IMG/VR virus record: IMGVR_UViG_3300037510_000657 | Span: 15,013-79,012 of that record | Source: a virus | Strand: one strand, 5' to 3' | DNA: 64,000 nucleotides | Shown: positions 37,368 to 46,271 of the stretch, one piece after another | Layout: each line of letters opens with the position of its first letter | Position numbering within the stretch: position 1 is the stretch's first letter | Position numbers and translations under genes: made by a program | The notes under the pieces: model-generated | Database searches by the model: none | Seen by the model: only the letters and a program-made list of their open reading frames with translations | Told to the model about the DNA's origin: nothing

Positions 37368-37984
37368 GGCGTCTCCGAGAAGTCGGTGAGCTCGTCGAGC
37401 CACACTCGTGTCTCGTACGGCCCCTCCTTGTTACCGAGGACTGTGGTGATACCGACGTCGCCCATCCTCGACGCCATCACCAGCCGAACCCGCTTACCCT
37501 TGTGGGTAGCGAAGCAGGCCGGGTTGACGTTCTTCCGGTGCGCCATCAGACGAGCCCAAGCAGGAAGCCGCTCGATGAGGATCCACCACACCAGGCACTC
37601 GGGGTTGTTGTAGGGCAGGTAGTCGTCGCAGTGCTTGTGCTTGCCCCCGTAGAGCTCTATCTTCGGCGCGTCGTCGTCCTTGGGGGTGGTCCCACCGACG
37701 AAGTCTCCGCTGGCCATGAGGGGGAGGCTATCGACGATCACCATCTCGGGCTTGCCTTGGGTCAGCTCCATGGCCATCTGCCCGGCAAGCCTGTCCTCCT
37801 CCGCTGTATTGCCGATGGGCAGGAACATCATCCCCGCCGGGGCGTTGAACCCAGCTGGTCGGTGCCTGATGAAGTCCCGCTGATCGGCACCACGTACTAG
37901 AACTGGGTTGGGGGCTTTGAGGCGCCGGCTGATGTCAGCCTGCTCCTGCTTACGCTTCTTCCGAGCCTTCTTCTTGGAGCTCAC
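37364..37984 (-). CDS. Hypothetical protein
   Basis: GTG 37984 after GGAGG. Confidence 0.55.
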   Translation of the reverse strand: MSSKKKARKKRKQEQADISRRLKAPNPVLVRGADQRDFIRHRPAGFNAPAGMMFLPIGNTAEEDRLAGQMAMELTQGKPEMVIVDSLPLMASGDFVGGTTPKDDDAPKIELYGGKHKHCDDYLPYNNPECLVWWILIERLPAWARLMAHRKNVNPACFATHKGKRVRLVMASRMGDVGITTVLGNKEGPYETRVWLDELTDFSETP

Positions 37985-38337
37985 GGTTTCACCTCCCGCT
38001 CGTAGATGGTGAAGTTGTAGTCGATGCCGCAGCCCTTGGCCTCGTGCTGGGTAGTGTTGCCCGTGTAGGGCTCCCTTGGTTCCCAGACCAGGGTCTCCAC
38101 GTAGGGAACGACATCGTCCGGGTAGTCGTCCTCGAGGGAGACCATCTCTCGGCCAGTTTCCGCGGACCGCTTCTTGCGCCACTCGCGCCGCTCCTCGAGC
38201 ATCTCGTTGTGCTTGGCATTCTCGGCGTCGGCGGCCTTCTGCGCAGCCTGCAAGCTGTCGAAGACGTCGATGAAGTTGCTGCCCTCCCAGTTCCACTGGA
38301 AGAGCAAGAACACGTGCAGCTTGGCGTCGTCCATCAC
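37981..38337 (-). CDS. Hypothetical protein
   Basis: GTGA coupling. Confidence 0.55.
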   Translation of the reverse strand: MMDDAKLHVFLLFQWNWEGSNFIDVFDSLQAAQKAADAENAKHNEMLEERREWRKKRSAETGREMVSLEDDYPDDVVPYVETLVWEPREPYTGNTTQHEAKGCGIDYNFTIYEREVKP

Positions 38338-38819
38338 GGCATCCCCACGCCGTCGGGCAGGTCGTCGTCGGTCACGTACATGAGCTCGATGATGCCGATC
38401 TGCGTCACCGGGCAGTACGAGGCCTGGATGTTCGGTTCGCACTCGTCGTCCGGCGTGAGCGCCTTGACCTCGATGCCCATCGTCCTCATCAGCGTGAGCA
38501 GTCGGTCCGCCGCTCCCTCGACGGACTCGACTTCGTCATCGACCTGGATGATGACGTGCGGTGCCGGGATCATGCACCCTTCGTCGTAGGGCAGGCTGAA
38601 CTCCGGGCAGGTGCACGGTGCGTCTGGCCCCGGAGACTCGCACGAGGCGCACCGCTTGAAGCTCTTGCGGTACTGCGCGTTCGCTTCGTACTTCGTGACA
38701 CCGTCTCCCGAGTCGGTGGTGTCGAAGTGTCTCTCGTTGAGCAGGCGCACCAGGCGACGTACGCCGGGGTCGCAGCCAGCAACGATCTCTTCCAACTCTT
38801 GCTTGGTCACAACCATCAC
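38334..38819 (-). CDS. Hypothetical protein (tRNA-wybutosine-MTase-like N-terminal motif, weak)
   Basis: DPGVRRLVRLLN...FDTTDSGDG pattern. Confidence 0.45.
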   Translation of the reverse strand: MMVVTKQELEEIVAGCDPGVRRLVRLLNERHFDTTDSGDGVTKYEANAQYRKSFKRCASCESPGPDAPCTCPEFSLPYDEGCMIPAPHVIIQVDDEVESVEGAADRLLTLMRTMGIEVKALTPDDECEPNIQASYCPVTQIGIIELMYVTDDDLPDGVGMP

Positions 38820-39023
38820 TCGACCTCCACTCCGAGCTCGTCGAGGGCTGCTTCAGCCTTCAGAGCTCTGTTGCGCCAGTACTCCGCCCGAAGCTTGTGA
38901 GCTCGGAGCGCCATGCGCCAGGTGTGTATCTTCTCGAGCAACCCCTTCCTGGTCATCACAACCGGGGTGTGCTCGTCCTTCTCCCTTGATGCGGCCATGC
39001 CTGCTCCCCCTCCGCATTGTTGT

Positions 39024-39452
39024 CTACTCGCGCGTCGCTTCCTTCTCCTTGGTGCTGCGGAACGGGCCGTCGTTGATGTCGAGCGGCTTGTCCTTGTGCG
39101 GGCGGTACTTCCACCGCAAGTAGCTCTTCTTCACCCAGGCCTGCGCTATCTGGGTCCATGCGCCGAGTGCCTGAGGCACGGAGAGCAGACCTCTCAGCGC
39201 CGCAGCCAGAGCGCACATGGTGGTGAAGCCCACGATGACCAGGACGGTCACCTCCCAGAACACGAGCATCATCTGAATGGGGATGATTTCTGTTATTGCC
39301 CAGTCCTTGAGGCGCCCGTCAACGACCGCGGCTCCGATGAAGCCACGGATGAAGTAGAACAGGAACAGCAGGAAAGCCACCGTCGGTAGCTGGAAGTGCA
39401 ACAGCACCCTGCCCATGGCTGCCCAGTCAGCCGCATCTCTTTCGCTCATCAT
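39024..39452 (-). CDS. Membrane protein
   Basis: Two or three TM segments. Confidence 0.5.
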   Translation of the reverse strand: MMSERDAADWAAMGRVLLHFQLPTVAFLLFLFYFIRGFIGAAVVDGRLKDWAITEIIPIQMMLVFWEVTVLVIVGFTTMCALAAALRGLLSVPQALGAWTQIAQAWVKKSYLRWKYRPHKDKPLDINDGPFRSTKEKEATRE

Positions 39453-39621
39453 TGCTCCTATCCGACGTAGCGGTAGAGAACGCCATCGACGAAGGCGAAG
39501 AAGCCCTTGTCGATGTAGTCCTGTGGTGGTTTGAGGTTCTCGCCCATCAGCTCTCTGAACTTCCACATCCGGGCGACGGCTTGGAACTCGAAGAAGGTGA
39601 TGTCCTTCTTCTTGGTCTTGC

Positions 39622-39945
39622 TCATGGCGCCTCGTCGTCCTCGACGTAGGCCTTGGGCAGCGGGATCCTGGGAAGCCTGCCGGCTCTCTCGGCCAGCTTC
39701 CCGCCGATGAAGCCGGGAGCGTAGAAGGCCAACACGACGATGGTGATGGGGAGAGCGACCGGGAAGAGCACGCACCAGACGTAGTAGGCAGGCACCAGGT
39801 CCGGGTTCTTGTAGCTGCTGAAGCTGTCCTGCACCCAGGTCACGAAGCCGCTACGAGTACCGTGGCGTGCGTTGAGGTAGTTGTAGAGGGAGATGAAGTA
39901 GAAGGAGCAAACTCCCCAAGAGAGGAAGAACACCAACTTGGTCAT
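39622..39945 (-). CDS. Membrane protein
   Basis: Two TM segments; SD GGAGG. Confidence 0.5.
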   Translation of the reverse strand: MTKLVFFLSWGVCSFYFISLYNYLNARHGTRSGFVTWVQDSFSSYKNPDLVPAYYVWCVLFPVALPITIVVLAFYAPGFIGGKLAERAGRLPRIPLPKAYVEDDEAP

Positions 39946-40262
39946 CACCAGCCCTCCTTGTGTGTGGCCACGGGGAGCTCCTCGACGTGCGGGTTGACCG
40001 CGGCATCGACCCTCGCCTGGCACTGCTTCTCGAAGCTGTTCTGCTGCTCGAGCATCTGCTTCTCGAGGGCGTCGCGCTGGCGCTTCCACTCCTTGTGAGC
40101 GGTGTCGAGGTCACGCTGCTTGCGCTGCACCTCGGCCCGCAGGATGTCCCTGTCGGCGTTGAGGTCCTCGATGCGCTCCTGCTTCATGTCGAGATTGAAC
40201 GACGAGATGCAGAGCGCCAGGAACAGCAACCCCATGATGAACCACTTCGCCTTGTTGCCCAT
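39945..40262 (-). CDS. TM-anchored coiled-coil protein (i-spanin-like topology)
   Basis: N-terminal TM followed by heptads. Confidence 0.55.
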   Translation of the reverse strand: MGNKAKWFIMGLLFLALCISSFNLDMKQERIEDLNADRDILRAEVQRKQRDLDTAHKEWKRQRDALEKQMLEQQNSFEKQCQARVDAAVNPHVEELPVATHKEGW

Positions 40263-40343
40263 GTGTCTTCCTCCCTCAGCCTGCGATGATGTCGAGGAGC
40301 ATGGTCCAAGCCGTGAGCACCACAGCCAGAACCAGGCCCCGAA

Positions 40344-40949
40344 CTAGAACGCGGTCCACGCGATGCCGACGACGTGCTTGGTCGCCATGTTGTCGTAGCA
40401 GCGTTGGCAACGCGCTGCCTTCTTGTTGCCCTTGGGCCAGGTGAACTCACCGATGGCCGGGCCGCACTGAGCCGTTGCCGACGAGCATGCCACCACCGGC
40501 TTGGGCGTGTACCTCGAGGACGGTTGCGGAGATGCCCCGTTGGGGATGACGAGAACAGGAGGCTTGATCACCTCGAACTCTCGCCACAACCAGTCCTTGT
40601 TCAGGTGGAACTGCCCGGGAACTATGGGCGACAAGCAGGCATGGCACCGGTAGGCGATTGCCGTCACTGGGCGTAGAGAGGTGTTCACGATGATGCCATC
40701 GGCCTTGTCGCCGCAGTCTCCGCACGGTGCGTCCACCCGCGGGTACGCTTGAGGGTCCATCCAGTCGCCCAAGCGTGGGTCCGTGGGGCGGCTCGGTAAG
40801 ACGTCCCAGTGGCGATCCTGCGCGGTGAGATGTGCAAAGCCTAGGTAGTGCGCTTCGCAGAAGAGTCCGAGATGCCTACCGTCCAGGTTTCGGGTGAGCA
40901 CTCTCGTGGGGAGGCCCAAGCAGAACAGGATACGACACGTTTGAATCAT
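40344..40949 (-). CDS. Cys/His-rich multi-Zn-finger protein
   Basis: Several CxxC pairs. Confidence 0.55.
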   Translation of the reverse strand: MIQTCRILFCLGLPTRVLTRNLDGRHLGLFCEAHYLGFAHLTAQDRHWDVLPSRPTDPRLGDWMDPQAYPRVDAPCGDCGDKADGIIVNTSLRPVTAIAYRCHACLSPIVPGQFHLNKDWLWREFEVIKPPVLVIPNGASPQPSSRYTPKPVVACSSATAQCGPAIGEFTWPKGNKKAARCQRCYDNMATKHVVGIAWTAF

Positions 40950-41186
40950 CTCAGTCCTCCAGGTCCAGCTCTGTGTACCGTTGCGGTGGCAGATCGCTCA
41001 GTCGCTCGCAGCGCCACCAGCGCGAGCTCGGAGGGTAGGCAACCCAGCCATGCCCCTCGACGTGCATGCGTCCGCAGTAGCCTGGCTCGGTCTCGATGGT
41101 GACCACCTTGCCTACGTGCCCGCTGCAGTGGTGCATGATGTCCCCGACCACGATGCCCCCGATGTTGGGGAAGCGCTTCTTGGGCG

Positions 41187-41402
41187 TCACGGCTTCGGGC
41201 CTTTGAAGCTGTTCGGGTCGATGTTGTGCTTGCGCAGCAGCTCTCGCAGATGGTTGCGGTCCATGCGAGCCACTCGAGCGACTCGAGAAACGTTGCCGTG
41301 GTACATCTCCATCATCTGGGAGAGGAAGCCTCGTTCCCACCCGTCCGTGACCTCCTTCTTCATCTCGGCGTACGACTGTCGGGATACGGTCTCGGTCGTC
41401 AT
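41187..41402 (-). CDS. Stand-alone Fis-type HTH (sigma54 enhancer-binding-protein C-terminal type)
   Basis: WERGFLSQMMEMYHGNVSRVARVARMDRNHLRELLRKHNI. Confidence 0.75.
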   Translation of the reverse strand: MTTETVSRQSYAEMKKEVTDGWERGFLSQMMEMYHGNVSRVARVARMDRNHLRELLRKHNIDPNSFKGPKP

Positions 41403-41827
41403 GGTTTCCCCTCCGGCCACACGTACGGCAGGTCGTGCGGTTCAGTCCAGCCGAGCTTGCCGTAGAACTCGGGGCTCTTGCGAAGCAGGTTGGAACGATG
41501 GCTGGCATGGAAGTCCTCGCGCCCGAGCCAGGGCGGATGAACGATCTCCACGTAGTCGAGCAGCATGATCCCGAACCACCTCGAGGTGGTGTCCTTGTAG
41601 CCTCGACCGATCCACACTCGGCAAGCCGTGAGGCCGTAGTGTGCCAGGGAGGCTTCGTAGCCTCGCCACATCTTCACGGCTGGATGGTTGCGCCATCCGC
41701 CTGTGTTGGCTCGGTCGAGGAGCGTGGCGAGTATCTGCTTGGCCTCGATGCGCTGCTTACCGAGGCGCCTGGTGTCCAAACAACGCAACGACTGCTCGAA
41801 GTCGGAGTAAGGCAAGAAGGTCTGCAT
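41399..41827 (-). CDS. Pyrimidine-dimer glycosylase/MSMEG_6728-family protein
   Basis: MQTFLPY...LDTRRLGKQRIEAKQ...HPAVKMWRG...SHRSNLLRK. Confidence 0.8.
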   Translation of the reverse strand: MQTFLPYSDFEQSLRCLDTRRLGKQRIEAKQILATLLDRANTGGWRNHPAVKMWRGYEASLAHYGLTACRVWIGRGYKDTTSRWFGIMLLDYVEIVHPPWLGREDFHASHRSNLLRKSPEFYGKLGWTEPHDLPYVWPEGKP

Positions 41828-41842
41828 GGTCGCCTCCAAGAC

Positions 41843-41870
41843 CCTTATCTCCGCAGACGGCTCGCTCTTA
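41843..41870 (-). promoter_or_regulatory. CAA-N16-GnnATAAGG motif copy
   Basis: TAA-N16-GAGATAAGG, abutting hairpin. Confidence 0.6.
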
Positions 41871-41871
41871 G

Positions 41872-41896
41872 CTAAGAGAAGGCCGCAGGCGCCTTC
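41872..41896 (-). terminator. Conserved hairpin family copy
   Basis: CTAAGAGAAGGCCGCAGGCGCCTTC. Confidence 0.6.
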
Positions 41897-41903
41897 GTAG
41901 AGC

Positions 41904-42533
41904 TCAACCGTCAGAGGCACGGAAGGCGATGATGCCCATGGGGGCTGGGCTGTTGTAGCTGTCGGTGAAGAGCAGCTCCATGCGAGGTCTGGAGAGGGCC
42001 TGTCTCACGAGCTCGATGGAACCGGCGAAGCGAACAACCTTGCGCTCCTCGAGGTCCTTCGGAGCACTCTTCCTGCCCGCGTAGAACAGCACCTTCTCGG
42101 GCAGCTTATGCGCCATGAAGAAGGTCACAAGGACGATGGCCCTCGGCAGGATGAGCCCACGGATGGCCCGTAAGCCGTTGGCATCGGTCTCGTTGAGAGA
42201 GCTCATGAAGTCGAGGTGTGCGAAGCCGATTGGCGGTCGGTGCTGCTTGAACACCTGATGCAGCAGCCCTCGGTGAGCGCTGACCTCCGGCAATTGGCGC
42301 TTCGCATCCAGCACAGGACCTGGGAGCTTGTCGACCGCCCAAATGCGGTCAGCGCGCCAGTTCAGCACGTTGATGAGCTCTGGCAGCTCTGGGGCTCCGG
42401 GGCCAGGCAAGATGAGTGCGTTTCCCCCAGGCCACCCGAAGCGCCGGTAGCAGTCGCGAACACGAGGCCACACCTCGTGCATCTTCTCGCCCTTGGTGAC
42501 CGAGCGCCCTCGATACGGCGTACTACTGGCCAT
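41904..42533 (-). CDS. Class I SAM-methyltransferase-like protein
   Basis: ALILPGP, IWAVDK, FAHLDF spaced like Rossmann MTase motifs. Confidence 0.45.
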   Translation of the reverse strand: MASSTPYRGRSVTKGEKMHEVWPRVRDCYRRFGWPGGNALILPGPGAPELPELINVLNWRADRIWAVDKLPGPVLDAKRQLPEVSAHRGLLHQVFKQHRPPIGFAHLDFMSSLNETDANGLRAIRGLILPRAIVLVTFFMAHKLPEKVLFYAGRKSAPKDLEERKVVRFAGSIELVRQALSRPRMELLFTDSYNSPAPMGIIAFRASDG

Positions 42534-42536
42534 GGG

Positions 42537-42965
42537 TTAGGTTGCCGAGTAGGTAACGCCGATGGGGCAGTTGTACGGCCAGTGGCTCTTCACCAGACTT
42601 CTGCGCAGCAGGCTTTTCATGGAGTTCTGGACTTGCCTTCTCGGGAGACGCGTTCCGTTCGCTATCTCTTTGGTCGAGCACTTCTTGCCTGCGCTCTGCA
42701 AGAAGGCCAGCACGCTCCCGCAGATGGTATCGTCGCCCCTTGCTTTCCTCGCACCATCGGCCGCGAGGCTCTTGGCCTTGGCTTCCGTGGCTGCCTTGAA
42801 GTAGCCACCATCGACACCCAACAGGCGTGCCAGGTGCACCCGGGCATCGTTGTGTGCTTTCATAGCCAGGTCGGCTTCAGCTTCGGTCTCCTGGAAGCGC
42901 TGCCAGGCCTTCTGCATCTCGTCTCGGGTGGCCGGCTTCGTCGCGGTCGTAGCGGTGCTGCTCAT
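42537..42965 (-). CDS. Winged-HTH DNA-binding protein
   Basis: STKEIANGTRLPRRQVQNSMKSLLRRSLV. Confidence 0.6.
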   Translation of the reverse strand: MSSTATTATKPATRDEMQKAWQRFQETEAEADLAMKAHNDARVHLARLLGVDGGYFKAATEAKAKSLAADGARKARGDDTICGSVLAFLQSAGKKCSTKEIANGTRLPRRQVQNSMKSLLRRSLVKSHWPYNCPIGVTYSAT

Positions 42966-43005
42966 GATTGCCTCCGTTGAAAAGTGTGGTCTCCACGTTC
43001 AAGGT

Positions 43006-43033
43006 CCTTATCTCTCAGGAGGCCCTCAGTTTG
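43006..43033 (-). promoter_or_regulatory. CAA-N16-GnnATAAGG motif copy
   Basis: CAA-N16-GAGATAAGG. Confidence 0.65.
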
Positions 43034-43106
43034 TGGTTCCTCGATTCGTTCTTCAGTGCTATGACTCGGTGTGTCGGGATGCGGTCCCGAAGAAAGAGAG
43101 AGCGTG

Positions 43107-43793
43107 ATGAACGAAAAGAACGCAGCGTGGAACAGCGAAGGAACCAGTGAACGCCTGAAGGGTGAGGCCGATGTCAGGGCCAAGCTGGACAAGCTCGAGA
43201 CAGAGCGCCGAAACCAGGCCGGGAGCCAGGAGGAGTTCGTGCAGGTCGCCGGCTACAAGGTGGTCGAGTACAAGCGCCTGGCCGGCAAGGTGTTCGTGGT
43301 CCCGCCTGATGTCGTGAGAGGTCCTGTGACCAACCAGGCCAGCTCAGGCCCTGACCCGTACGGAGAGCTCGTCACGGAGCAGCTCACCGAGTACGCGGCC
43401 GGCCAGAGGGCGCAGACGGCCTGCGAAGCGCTGCAAGAGCGCAACCCTCGCATGAACCTGAAGTACGCCGAGTGGCGGGCCATCGAATCCATGCTCAAGG
43501 ACGCCTTCCTGAACGGCGCAGCCCAAGAGCGCAGGCGCATCCTGGACAGCTCAGAGGTCATCGATGACCCTCGTGGCCTCGGCATGCTCACCTACGACCA
43601 GGCCAACAAGGACGCCCAGCGGTTCAAGGCAGAGGCCGAAGCAGCTGAGGCCAGGCTCGGAGCCGCCACACGGCAGGCACAGGCGCTCGAGTACATCATC
43701 CGAGGCGTTCTGCGCAAGGGCCAGACCATCTCGCTCGAAGACCACAGAGACCTGGACGCCCTGCTCGGCATCAAGCCAGGCGACAAGTACTAG
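43107..43793 (+). CDS. Hypothetical protein
   Basis: 228 aa; typical codon usage. Confidence 0.55.
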   Translation: MNEKNAAWNSEGTSERLKGEADVRAKLDKLETERRNQAGSQEEFVQVAGYKVVEYKRLAGKVFVVPPDVVRGPVTNQASSGPDPYGELVTEQLTEYAAGQRAQTACEALQERNPRMNLKYAEWRAIESMLKDAFLNGAAQERRRILDSSEVIDDPRGLGMLTYDQANKDAQRFKAEAEAAEARLGAATRQAQALEYIIRGVLRKGQTISLEDHRDLDALLGIKPGDKY

Positions 43794-44164
43794 CTCTCCT
43801 GCGTCCTGAGCCCCGGCGAAGGCGCAGATCGCCCATGTAGCTGGCTCCTCGATACGCCCTCCACACAGCCTCACAGCCCCACGCTCATCTGGGCGGCCCC
43901 AGCTCTCAAGGGCGCAAGGCGGCAAGCCCAGAGACATCCCACAGGCTCGTCCCCTTACTGCTACGCATAGAGCCTCGTCCTCCCTGGAGCTGATGTTTCA
44001 GCTCCTCTAGCTATGCCTTTTCCTCGACCTAGCTACCCCAAGTACTGTCACCTAGGTGCAGATAGCTGAGAAGAACAGCCCGGAAGTAGGCTTGGGCCTC
44101 CACCTATCAGAGAGATAGAGAACTCAGATTTTGTCACTTCCCGTAAAGCCAAAAGCCAGTTGTT

Positions 44165-44214
44165 GTAGCTCATCAACTATTGACGTAGCTCACTTACTCC
44201 ATTACTGTAGCTCA
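44165..44214 (+). repeat. Three direct GTAGCTCA repeats (operator candidate)
   Basis: At 44165, 44185 and 44207, overlapping the promoter. Confidence 0.6.
44180..44208 (+). promoter_or_regulatory. Sigma70-type promoter
   Basis: TTGACG-N17-TACTGT. Confidence 0.65.
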
Positions 44215-44217
44215 ACA

Positions 44218-44499
44218 ATGGGACGACCACCTAAGCCCCTGGGCGAGAGACGTGCTGCTGCTCAGATGGTGCGCCTTACTGATGCAGAGGCAGAACTCAT
44301 CAATCGAGCATCTGCGCTCTCATTGCGCACTCCTTCTGCGTTCACCCGCGAATGGGCGCTCTACGGTGCGCGCCATGTGCTCACGCAGGCGGGACAGTCA
44401 GTGATCGCGCAAGCCTCGCCCAAAGACGAGTCATCGCCTATTGGTAGACCTAAGAAGAACAAGAACGGAGGCCGTACAGGGGGGGACAGTGGTACCTGA
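44218..44499 (+). CDS. Ribbon-helix-helix (MobC/DUF1778-like) DNA-binding protein
   Basis: MGRPPKP...QMVRLTDAEAELINRAS...SAFTRE. Confidence 0.6.
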   Translation: MGRPPKPLGERRAAAQMVRLTDAEAELINRASALSLRTPSAFTREWALYGARHVLTQAGQSVIAQASPKDESSPIGRPKKNKNGGRTGGDSGT

Positions 44500-44614
44500 G
44501 ATTCAGGGGGTACCCTGTTTGGGTGGGTGGCAGAAAACAAGCGCCGAGAAAAATTTTTTGGGGGATGGGTGCCTCCAGCCGACATATGAGCTGGAGCTAC
44601 AACTGGAGGAACGC

Positions 44615-44929
44615 ATGGACACGTACTTGGAAGAGCAGCCGATCAGGACCATGGCCGAACTGAAGGCATGGCGCGGGAGGGACACGGCAGCAGAGGATGG
44701 GGACAGCTGGACCATCCTGGGGCTGAACCACGACGGCGTGATGAGGATCCAGGGGCACAACGGGATCGACACCAGGATCCCAACGGACATCCTGTTCAAG
44801 GACAACCGAAACGCAGACGACAAGTGCGTCTTCACGTGCAACCTGACCGGTAGCTACGTTCGCATCCACCCAGAGCTTCATCGCCACCTGCTCAAGCTCT
44901 TGGAGACGAAGAAGGCGGCTGAGGGCTAA
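44615..44929 (+). CDS. Hypothetical protein
   Basis: SD GGAGG. Confidence 0.55.
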   Translation: MDTYLEEQPIRTMAELKAWRGRDTAAEDGDSWTILGLNHDGVMRIQGHNGIDTRIPTDILFKDNRNADDKCVFTCNLTGSYVRIHPELHRHLLKLLETKKAAEG

Positions 44930-44956
44930 GAGAAGGGCCAGGGGGCGCCCTTGCTC
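44926..44956 (-). terminator. Conserved hairpin family copy
   Basis: CTAAGAGAAGGGCCAGGGGGCGCCCTT at a convergent junction. Confidence 0.55.
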
Positions 44957-44963
44957 GGAGTAG

Positions 44964-45377
44964 CTAGTTGTCGTAGCGGACCTCGGAGGAGGGCTGCTTG
45001 ACCCTCATGCTGGCCCCGCGGTTGAAGGACCGGCGGATGGCCTCCTCGACCGGCATGACCCCGAGCTCGTGGTAGAGGGCGGAGCTCTCCATGGCCGAGA
45101 AGGTCTTGCCAGTGGCGAAGCCCTCGAGGTAGTCCTTGATGCTCTCGAGCTTGTTGGCCACGTTGATGGCCCAGCGGGCATGGCGAGTGTTCCGGTGGGC
45201 GTTCTTGAGCAGGTTGAGCCGGCTCTTCTCCACGCCCTGGTGCTCCACGAAGGCGGCCACGGCCTTGACCATGATGTCCCGGGCGGTGTCGATGGTGAGG
45301 TTGTCCTCCACGGCAGCCTTGGCCAGGTCCTTGGAGATGGTGGCGAGGGTCGAGATGAGCTTGATGGTCTTGAACAT
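44964..45377 (-). CDS. Hypothetical helical protein
   Basis: First gene after motif at 45436. Confidence 0.6.
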   Translation of the reverse strand: MFKTIKLISTLATISKDLAKAAVEDNLTIDTARDIMVKAVAAFVEHQGVEKSRLNLLKNAHRNTRHARWAINVANKLESIKDYLEGFATGKTFSAMESSALYHELGVMPVEEAIRRSFNRGASMRVKQPSSEVRYDN

Positions 45378-45435
45378 GGTGGTGTCCCCCTGTTGAAAAG
45401 GTTGAGTCGGGCGGGTGTGCCTTTCTCTTCAGGGC

Positions 45436-45463
45436 CCTTATCCCACGGATCGACCGGTTCTTG
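45436..45463 (-). promoter_or_regulatory. CAA-N16-GnnATAAGG motif copy
   Basis: CAA-N16-GGGATAAGG. Confidence 0.65.
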
Positions 45464-45473
45464 CTCCTGGGGG

Positions 45474-45500
45474 CTAAAAAGAGGGCCTCAGGCACCCTCT
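45474..45500 (-). terminator. Conserved hairpin family copy
   Basis: CTAAAAAGAGGGCCTCAGGCACCCTCT. Confidence 0.55.
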
Positions 45501-45507
45501 GCGACCC

Positions 45508-45732
45508 CTACTCCATGTGGGGAGGTAGGTCATCGATGGTCCACGTACCACCAAGCTCACAGCACCAGTTGTTGTCCGGGTTGTAGAGGTCCTGCACCTC
45601 TATCCTGCTGCCGTTGATGTGGAAGAGGCAGTTGCCTGGGAAGCTGAGGAAGAGTCTGTACATCCTTTCGAACTCGGCTGCGTGCTTGGGGAACCGTTCT
45701 CTGAACTCTGACCACCCAATCGTTTCGTACAT
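45508..45732 (-). CDS. Hypothetical protein
   Basis: 74 aa. Confidence 0.5.
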   Translation of the reverse strand: MYETIGWSEFRERFPKHAAEFERMYRLFLSFPGNCLFHINGSRIEVQDLYNPDNNWCCELGGTWTIDDLPPHME

Positions 45733-45785
45733 CGACCCGCCGCCCTACCCGCCAACCCCGTCCGTGAGACTTCTACTGCCGAACG

Positions 45786-46028
45786 CTACCCCTTCAGGAG
45801 CTCCTCCTTCTGGGCCTTGGTCAACCGCTTGATCTTGACCTCAAGCCTCAGGGCAGACGATTTCGTCTCCATGTCCCTGGTGAATGCGATGTGGAAGGGG
45901 CCTCTGCCCCTGGTGTACTTGGCTCCCCGGCCTTCAGTGTGCTGGCGGAGGCGTCGGCTCAGGTTGTTGGTGATGCCGGTGTACAGCGTTCCGTCGGCAC
46001 ACCGGAGCATGTACACCACCCAGCTCAC
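45786..46028 (-). CDS. GIY-YIG nuclease (UPF0213/YhbQ-like)
   Basis: VYMLRCADGTLYTGITNNLSRRLRQH...GAKYTRGR. Confidence 0.9.
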   Translation of the reverse strand: MSWVVYMLRCADGTLYTGITNNLSRRLRQHTEGRGAKYTRGRGPFHIAFTRDMETKSSALRLEVKIKRLTKAQKEELLKG

Positions 46029-46243
46029 GGGATCTTGGCGGCCGTGTCCGCTGCCTGGCCGTAGGCCCAGTCCGTCAGCTCATGCAGGTCGGCCTTGGTC
46101 TTGCCATGCTTGATGGCGGAGACCATGAAGGTTCCGGTCAGGAGGATGAAGGCGTTCTCCTTGCCGAACTTCTCCTCCAGCTCCTTCCTGAGCTGAAGCA
46201 TGGCGAGGGTGAACTGCTCATCGGTCATGTTGACTGAGTCCAT
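46025..46243 (-). CDS. Hypothetical protein
   Basis: GTGA coupling. Confidence 0.5.
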   Translation of the reverse strand: MDSVNMTDEQFTLAMLQLRKELEEKFGKENAFILLTGTFMVSAIKHGKTKADLHELTDWAYGQAADTAAKIP

Positions 46244-46271
46244 ATCGAGTTCCTCTTTTCAGATCGGGGGA

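Noticed and set aside
31017-40262. Spanin pair (31017 lipoprotein and 39945 TM coiled-coil)
   Set aside because: The topologies fit, but the genes are 9 kb apart on opposite strands with no endolysin nearby.
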